Source of the DNA: Limnobacter sp.
GTDB lineage: Bacteria > Pseudomonadota > Gammaproteobacteria > Burkholderiales > Burkholderiaceae_E
Length of the DNA stretch: 60,729 bases
Reading direction: 5' to 3'
Assembly (NCBI GenBank): GCA_012513825.1
Contig: JAAZBL010000140.1
Location: 1-60,729, forward strand
A program made the translations under genes and the position numbers. The notes beneath the pieces are model-generated. The model saw nothing but the letters and a program-made list of their open reading frames with translations. It was not told the DNA's origin and did not search any database. Within the stretch, counting starts at the first letter, position 1, and every line of letters begins with the position of its first letter. This document shows positions 54,109 through 60,729 of this stretch, piece after piece.

Positions 54109-55513
54109 GCGCATCGGGCTGGCCGCGGGCTGCGGCCCTGACGGCCGGCCGCGGGCCGGCTCCGGCGGCGGCAGCCCCGCGTCCATGGCCGGCGCCACGG
54201 TCGTGGGCGCTCGCACGCACTTCGGGCGCCGCGCGATGATGCGTGCCCGAGGGCGAGCCTGCCGGGCGACCGCGCGCCGGCCCGCCGCGCAGTCCCGGGC
54301 GGCCGCCGCCTCCGCGCCCCGGGCGCGGCGGCCGATCGTCGGGCTCGGCTTCGTTGCGGGCGTTCGGATCCGGCTCGTAGCCGGGCAGCCGTTCGCGCGG
54401 CAACTGCCTGCCGATCAGACGCTCGATGTCGCGCATCAGCCCGCGCTCGTCCGACGACAGCAGCGACACCGCCTGGCCGCTGGCCCCGGCGCGGCCGGTG
54501 CGGCCGATCCGGTGTACGTAGTCTTCGGACACGTTCGGCAGGTCGAAGTTGACGACGTACGGCAACTCGACGATGTCGAGCCCGCGCGCCGCAATGTCGG
54601 TCGCGACCAGCGCCTGCAGCTTGCCGCTCTTGAACTCGGCGAGCGCACGGGTCCGCGCGTTCTGGCTCTTGTTGCCGTGGATCGCGAGCGCCGGGATGCC
54701 GTCCTTGCCGAGCTGCTCGGCCAGCCGGTTCGCGCCGTGCTTGGTTCGGGTGAACACCAGCACCTGGAACCAGTTGTTGCTGCCGATCAGGTGCGACAGC
54801 AGCTCGCGTTTGCGGCCGCGGTCGACCTCGATCACGCGCTGCTCGACCAGCTCGGCGGTCGTGTTGCGGCGCGCGACCTCGATCAGTGCCGGCCGGTCGA
54901 GCAGGCCGTCGGCCAGCGCCTTGATCTCGTTGGAGAAGGTGGCCGAGAACAGCAGGTTCTGACGCTTCGGCGGCAGCAGCTTCAGCACGCGGCGGATGTC
55001 GTGGATGAAGCCCATGTCGAGCATCCGGTCGGCTTCGTCGAGCACGAGGACCTCGACGCTCGAAAGATCGACGGTGCGCTGCTGCGCGTGATCGAGCAGG
55101 CGGCCCGGCGTGGCGACGAGGATGTCGATGCCCCGGCGCAGGCGCTCGATCTGCGGGTTGATGTTGACGCCGCCGAACACGGTCGTCGACGACAGCTTCA
55201 CGTACTTCGAATAGTCGCGCACGCTCTCCTCGACCTGCGCGGCGAGTTCGCGCGTGGGCGCGAGGATCAGCGTGCGGATCGGCCGCCGGCCGGCCGGCGC
55301 CGGGCGCATCGGCTGCGTCGTCGAAAGCCGCTGCAGGATCGGCAACACGAAGCCGGCGGTCTTGCCGGTGCCGGTCTGTGCACCGGCGAGCAGGTCGCCG
55401 CCGGACAGCACGGCCGGAATGGCCTGTGCCTGGATCGGGGTGGGTGAGGTATAGCCGCGCTCGGCAACGGCACGGACGATCGGCTCGGAAAGGCCGAGAG
55501 AAGAAAACTGCAT
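54077..55513 (-). CDS. rhlE: DEAD-box RNA helicase, RhlE-like
   Basis: [42 protein letters not shown], Arg/Gly-rich tail. Confidence 0.92.
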   Translation of the reverse strand: MQFSSLGLSEPIVRAVAERGYTSPTPIQAQAIPAVLSGGDLLAGAQTGTGKTAGFVLPILQRLSTTQPMRPAPAGRRPIRTLILAPTRELAAQVEESVRDYSKYVKLSSTTVFGGVNINPQIERLRRGIDILVATPGRLLDHAQQRTVDLSSVEVLVLDEADRMLDMGFIHDIRRVLKLLPPKRQNLLFSATFSNEIKALADGLLDRPALIEVARRNTTAELVEQRVIEVDRGRKRELLSHLIGSNNWFQVLVFTRTKHGANRLAEQLGKDGIPALAIHGNKSQNARTRALAEFKSGKLQALVATDIAARGLDIVELPYVVNFDLPNVSEDYVHRIGRTGRAGASGQAVSLLSSDERGLMRDIERLIGRQLPRERLPGYEPDPNARNEAEPDDRPPRPGRGGGGRPGLRGGPARGRPAGSPSGTHHRAAPEVRASAHDRGAGHGRGAAAAGAGPRPAVRAAARGQPDALRSRSPRSGR

Positions 55514-55523
55514 CGATACTCCA

Positions 55524-55678
55524 GCGACATCGGCCTCGGTCAGCCCCGCATGCGGCAGGGCGGCGACGCCAGTCGCGGGCAGACGATCAGGGTGAGAAAC
55601 GGGAACCGGAGAACCGCGATCGGACGATCGGGAGGAGAACCGGATAGTGCGACGCGGAGACTGGCTTATCGATGTCGC
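55524..55678 (-). promoter_or_regulatory. Candidate structured 5' leader RNA of rhlE
   Basis: Nested inverted repeats GCGACATCG/CGATGTCGC and GCCAGTC/GACTGGC; -10-like TACGAT at 55687-55692; the 3' arm abuts the GGAG RBS. Confidence 0.55.
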
Positions 55679-55781
55679 AACCAACCATCGTACTGCGATC
55701 CAGCCTCGAAGTCCAGAACGATCGCGCAAGCGCCCCGATCGATCGAGGGCCGTGGCCGGGCCCCGGCCGGTCGAAGGCTGC

Positions 55782-56732
<951 letters not shown>

Positions 56733-56932
56733 CTACTCGCGCGCCGCGCGCCATACGCGCGCTCCGCGACGATCGCATACGCGGGATGCAGCCTCATGTC
56801 CGGCAACTTGCCGCGCAGGCGTGCATCGCGGCGGACGCGATCGCGACCGCGGCGGGCACGATCGTCGTGGGCCGGCTCGTTGCGGCCCGCTGACGATCTC
56901 CGTGATGCGGCGCCCGCCGACTCCGGCCGGGC

Positions 56933-57349
56933 TCAACGCGTGGTGCTGCTGCCGCTGCGTTGCGCCGGGTCCATCTTTCCGGCGCCCGGCTTCGTCTGCT
57001 CGTCGACGATGCGGCCGCTGGTCACGTCGGTCGTGCGCGACGTCGGTTCCCCGCTGCGCGCGCTGCCCGCCGTCGTGCCGGGTTGCGTCTGGCGATCGAT
57101 GAGCTGGCCGCTGCTGCGCTGGCTGGCGCCCGCGCCCTGTCCGGCCGTCGTGTCGGACGAGGTCGTCGACGACGTCCCGGCGTCGCGCGGCGGCTGAGTC
57201 TGGCGATCGACGATGCTGCCGCTGCTCTTGTCGGTGCCGGCGGCACCGCGTTCGGGCGCGGGCGCGCCGGGCGCCTGCGCGAACGCGACGCCGGTTGCCG
57301 CGGCGATCGCCAGGCCAAGAATGGTTCCCTTCAGGTTTTCGCGTTTCAT
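56933..57349 (-). CDS. Secreted low-complexity protein with three internal repeats
   Basis: AGAGGA RBS; signal peptide ending AFA-Q; repeats SSGSIVDRQTQP, SSGQLIDRQTQP, TSGRIVDEQTKP. Confidence 0.7.
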   Translation of the reverse strand: MKRENLKGTILGLAIAAATGVAFAQAPGAPAPERGAAGTDKSSGSIVDRQTQPPRDAGTSSTTSSDTTAGQGAGASQRSSGQLIDRQTQPGTTAGSARSGEPTSRTTDVTSGRIVDEQTKPGAGKMDPAQRSGSSTTR

Positions 57350-57529
57350 CGAGTTCCTCTCTTCTGAACGTTGGTCGGACCAGGCTGCTTGCCGACGCGT
57401 CGTGTCCGCCGGAAAGGGCCCTGGCGCCGATCGAGCAATCCGGATGCCCCGCCATGGCGCAGCTTCTCGCCCGAGCGCTCGGCCTGCGCACGAACCGGCG
57501 AAACGCCCCCAGTCCGACCCCCGGTTTTC

Positions 57530-57568
57530 GCCTGCGGTTCCTGCCTGCGGTTCCTGCCTGCGGTTCCC
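57530..57568. repeat. Tandem repeat, 3 x 13 bp
   Basis: gcctgcggttcct gcctgcggttcct gcctgcggttccc. Confidence 0.85.
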
Positions 57569-57688
57569 GCATTCCCGCTCGAGGATCCGCCCACGGTTCC
57601 AGTTCGTGCTTTCCGCCCCCGCTTCCCGCCTGCGCCTCGCGCCCGCGGTTCGACCATGCGCCCGCCGGCTGACTACAATCGTCCGACG

Positions 57689-57970
57689 ATGAGCAAGATC
57701 GATCCGCCGGCCGGAACCGGGCTCTGCACCGGTGCCGACCCAGGCAAGCGCGGCCGACCGGGCAGCTGCCCTCGCTGCGGCGCCGCCTTCAGCTGCGGCG
57801 TCGATGCGCCGGACTGCTGGTGCACGAGACTGCCGCCGATCGATCCGGCCCGACTCGTCGCGTCGAACTCGAATGAGTCAAAGCGCGGTGCGCCGGGCCT
57901 GCCCGACGGCACGCCGGGCCAAGACTGCCTGTGCCCGAACTGCCTGGCGCTGCTGACAGGAGACAAATGA
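57689..57970 (+). CDS. Cysteine-rich CWC family protein
   Basis: CPRCGAAFSCG, CWC, CLCPNCL; TACAAT -10 just upstream. Confidence 0.8.
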   Translation: MSKIDPPAGTGLCTGADPGKRGRPGSCPRCGAAFSCGVDAPDCWCTRLPPIDPARLVASNSNESKRGAPGLPDGTPGQDCLCPNCLALLTGDK

Positions 57971-59487
57971 AGATGGCCCGCAAGTTCGTCATTGCATCGA
58001 TGCTGCACGAGACCAACACCTTCTCGCCCCTGTCCACGCCGATCGAATCCTTCGGGCCGGGCGGACCGCTGAAGGGCGAGGCGGCGATCGCCGAATTGGC
58101 CGACACGAACCAGGCCATCGGCGGATTCATCGAACTCGCGCGCAAGGAAGGAGCCGAATTCACGGTGCCGCTGGCGGCGAACGCGAACCCGTCAGGCCTG
58201 GTCACGCGGGCGGCCTACGAGCAGATGTGCACGGCGATCCTCGACGAAATCCGCAAGGGTTGCGATGCCGTGCTGCTGGACCTGCACGGCGCGATGGTCA
58301 CCGAGCACCATGACGACGGCGAAGGCGAGCTGCTCGAGAGGATCCGGCGCCTCGCGCCCGAGCTGCCGATTGCCGTCGCACTCGACTTTCACGCGCAGAT
58401 GACGCACCGGATCGTCCGCAACGCGACGATCGTCACCGGCTACCGCACCTATCCGCACGTCGACATGCGCCTGACCGGCGAACGCGCCGGCCGCACGCTG
58501 CTGCGCGCGCTTGCCGGCGAAGTCTCGCCCGCGATGTGCTGGGGGCGGCGCCCGATTCTCAGCAGCACGCTGTCGCACACGCCGTCGCGCAATCCGATGA
58601 AGGACCTGATGGATCGGGCGATCGCCGCCGAAGCCGCCGGCGAAGTCCTGAACGCGTCGATCTTCGGCGGATTTCCGCAGGCCGACATCCCGCATCTCGG
58701 CCTGTCGGTGGTCGTGGCCTTCGACGCGAAGCGCCCCGGGGCCGGCGACCACGGCCGGGCGCTGCTCGACTCGCTGCTCGAGCAGGCCTGGCAGAGGCGC
58801 GAGGATTTCCGCTATCGCGGCGAGCCGCTCGCCGATTCGATCGCGCGAGCGCGCACGATGACCGAAGGTCCGGTCATCCTCGTCGACCACGGCGACAACA
58901 CCGCTTCGGGCGGCACGCAGGACGTGATGAGCGTGCTCGAGGAAGTGTTCCGTCAGCAGCTCGACGACGTGGTCGCCGGTCCGTTCTGCGACCCGCTGGC
59001 CGTCGCGCGGATGGTCGAGGCGGGCCTGGGCGCGCGGGTCGACATCGATGTCGGCGGGCGCATCGACATGCCGGCGCTCGGGCTGAAGGGCAAGCCGATG
59101 CCGCTATCGGGAAAGGTCGCAGCGATCACCGACGGCGAATTCGTCGTGACCGGCCCGATGGCGACCGGGGCGCGCGTCCGGATGGGCCGCACCGCCGTGC
59201 TCGATACCGGTCGCGTGCAGGTCGTCGTCTCCGAGGGCCGCGTCGAGCCCTACGACCTCGGCGTCTTCACGCACTGCGGGATCGACCCGCGCCGCAAGCG
59301 CTACGTGCTGATCAAGTCGCGGCAGCATTTCCGCGCCGGCTTCGAGCCGATCGCGCGGCATATCGTCGAATGCCAGGGGCTCGGGGTGACGGCTTCGGAC
59401 ATCGCGCTGTTCGACTACCGGCGCCGGCCCAGCCCGCTGTACCCGTTCGAAACCGAGACACGCGCCGACGACTCGCCGCCGCTCTGA
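57967..59487 (+). CDS. M81-family metallopeptidase (MlrC-like)
   Basis: HETNTFS, LDLHGAM, DGEGELL, LDFHA, YRTYPHVD, DNTASGG, IKSRQHFRAGF; ATGA overlap with the CWC gene. Confidence 0.9.
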   Translation: MKMARKFVIASMLHETNTFSPLSTPIESFGPGGPLKGEAAIAELADTNQAIGGFIELARKEGAEFTVPLAANANPSGLVTRAAYEQMCTAILDEIRKGCDAVLLDLHGAMVTEHHDDGEGELLERIRRLAPELPIAVALDFHAQMTHRIVRNATIVTGYRTYPHVDMRLTGERAGRTLLRALAGEVSPAMCWGRRPILSSTLSHTPSRNPMKDLMDRAIAAEAAGEVLNASIFGGFPQADIPHLGLSVVVAFDAKRPGAGDHGRALLDSLLEQAWQRREDFRYRGEPLADSIARARTMTEGPVILVDHGDNTASGGTQDVMSVLEEVFRQQLDDVVAGPFCDPLAVARMVEAGLGARVDIDVGGRIDMPALGLKGKPMPLSGKVAAITDGEFVVTGPMATGARVRMGRTAVLDTGRVQVVVSEGRVEPYDLGVFTHCGIDPRRKRYVLIKSRQHFRAGFEPIARHIVECQGLGVTASDIALFDYRRRPSPLYPFETETRADDSPPL

Positions 59488-59613
59488 GATCGCCGCCGCT
59501 CCGGGATCGACCGACGCGGAGTTCAGGCCGCGCCTCGTGGCCCGGGATTCGGCCCGCGCCTGGTCGAACCGAGCGCTGCGTGCCCGGCGCAATCCGGGCG
59601 GCGCGCCGCGCGC

Positions 59614-59886
59614 TCAGCGCGCGGGCACGCGCTCCGGCAGCTCGATCTTCACCTGCAGCACTTCGAGATCGTCCTGGCGTTCGACGTCGACCTTGATGTC
59701 GTCGGCGCCGATGGCCACGTACTTCGAGATCACGGCGACGAGCTCGCGCTGCAGCTCGGGCAGGTAGCTGAGCGCCGAACTGCGCCCGCCGCCGACGCGC
59801 TCGTGCGCGAGGATGATCTGCAGGCGCTCCTTGGCGATGTTGGCGGTTTTCTTCTTTTCGCCGAGAAAGAATGACAACAGCGACAT
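59614..59886 (-). CDS. minE: Cell division topological specificity factor MinE
   Basis: [34 protein letters not shown]. Confidence 0.96.
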   Translation of the reverse strand: MSLLSFFLGEKKKTANIAKERLQIILAHERVGGGRSSALSYLPELQRELVAVISKYVAIGADDIKVDVERQDDLEVLQVKIELPERVPAR

Positions 59887-59889
59887 CGC

Positions 59890-60705
59890 TTACCTCCCGC
59901 CGAACACGCGCCGGAAAAAACCCTGTTTCTGCGCTTCGATGAAGCGCATCGGCCGTTCTTCGCCGAGGAAGCGCTGGACCACGTCCCGGTACGCCTCGGC
60001 CACTTCGGAGCCCTGCATGTGGATCGCCGGCAGCCCCTGGTTCGATGCCTGCAGCACCGTCTCGGATTCGGGGATGATACCGATCAGCTTGATCCGCAGG
60101 ATGTCCTGGATGTCCTCGAGCGACAGCATCTGCCCTTCCTTGACCCGGTTCGGGTTGTACCGGGTGATCAGCAGGTGCTCCTTGATCGGCTCCTGGCCGT
60201 CCATCGCACGCCTGGTCTTCGAGCTGAGCATGCCGAGGATGCGGTCCGAGTCGCGCACCGAGGAGACTTCGGGGTTGGTCACGACCAGCGCTTCGTCGGC
60301 GAAGTGCATCGCGATCAGCGCCCCGGATTCGATGCCCGCAGGCGAATCGCAGACGACGTAATCGAAGCCCATCTGCTCGAGTTCCTTCAGGATGCGCTCG
60401 ACGCCTTCGAGCGTCAGCGCGTCCTTGTCGCGCGTCTGCGAGGCCGCGAGCACGTACAGGTTGTCGCACTGCTTGTCCCGCACCAGCGCCTGGTTCAGCG
60501 TGGCCTCGCCCTGGATCACGTTGATCAGGTCGTAGACGACGCGGCGCTCGCACCCCATGATCAGGTCGAGGTTGCGCAGGCCGACGTCGAAATCGATAAC
60601 CGCGGTCTTGTGGCCGCGCAGCGCGAGGCCGGCGGCGAAGCTGGCGCTGGTGGTGGTCTTCCCGACACCCCCCTTGCCCGAGGTCACCACAACGATTCTT
60701 GTCAT
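59890..60705 (-). CDS. minD: Septum site-determining ATPase MinD
   Basis: TSGKGGVGKTT, DFDVGLRNLD, DSPAGIE, NPEVSSVRDSDR, C-terminal amphipathic GFFRRVFGG. Confidence 0.97.
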   Translation of the reverse strand: MTRIVVVTSGKGGVGKTTTSASFAAGLALRGHKTAVIDFDVGLRNLDLIMGCERRVVYDLINVIQGEATLNQALVRDKQCDNLYVLAASQTRDKDALTLEGVERILKELEQMGFDYVVCDSPAGIESGALIAMHFADEALVVTNPEVSSVRDSDRILGMLSSKTRRAMDGQEPIKEHLLITRYNPNRVKEGQMLSLEDIQDILRIKLIGIIPESETVLQASNQGLPAIHMQGSEVAEAYRDVVQRFLGEERPMRFIEAQKQGFFRRVFGGR

Positions 60706-60729
60706 AGTTGGTCCTTCAGAAATGCGGTC

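Noticed and set aside
57967-59487. Microcystin-degradation (mlr) cluster
   Set aside because: Only an MlrC-family homolog is present; no mlrA, mlrB or mlrD, and the family is widespread.
60706-60729. 3' end of minC
   Set aside because: Expected from the minCDE order, but 24 bp is too short to support a call.

Overview
About 60.7 kb of very GC-rich chromosome with roughly 60 protein-coding genes. Gene content and order (gpsA-secB-grxC-rhodanese/gpmA-ctpA-moeB, bioC/comF-trmL, the aa3 cox cluster next to rpoH, ftsY-maiA) point to a betaproteobacterium of the Burkholderiales; this is inference. The left ~12 kb is semi-accessory: a 5'-truncated ligD, ychF, a patatin + GntP-family permease pair, a conserved hypothetical protein, an NlpE-C-like lipoprotein, mprF, an SDR and a SIMPL protein. 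Next come glpK/glpD, a phosphate module (phoX, ppk1, ppx, sixA) with two Pho-box-like sites, fdx-coaD-rsmD, an M16 peptidase pair, ftsY, a GGDEF protein, maiA, and rpoH with a CIRCE element. The rest is a complete cytochrome c oxidase and assembly cluster, housekeeping genes, recQ, rhlE, argB, a CWC-MlrC pair and minDE. I found no rRNA, tRNA, CRISPR array, transposase, integrase, phage or defence genes, so no obvious new multi-gene system is evident. The best leads are non-coding or subtle: a structured 5' leader of rhlE, a repeat-rich 520-bp spacer downstream of the cox operon, a triplicated 3' end of rpoH, a predicted PhoB-driven leaderless ppk1, and the patatin/GntP/hypothetical trio. Start codons were chosen by eye. 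Products were recognised from motifs, not from database searches.
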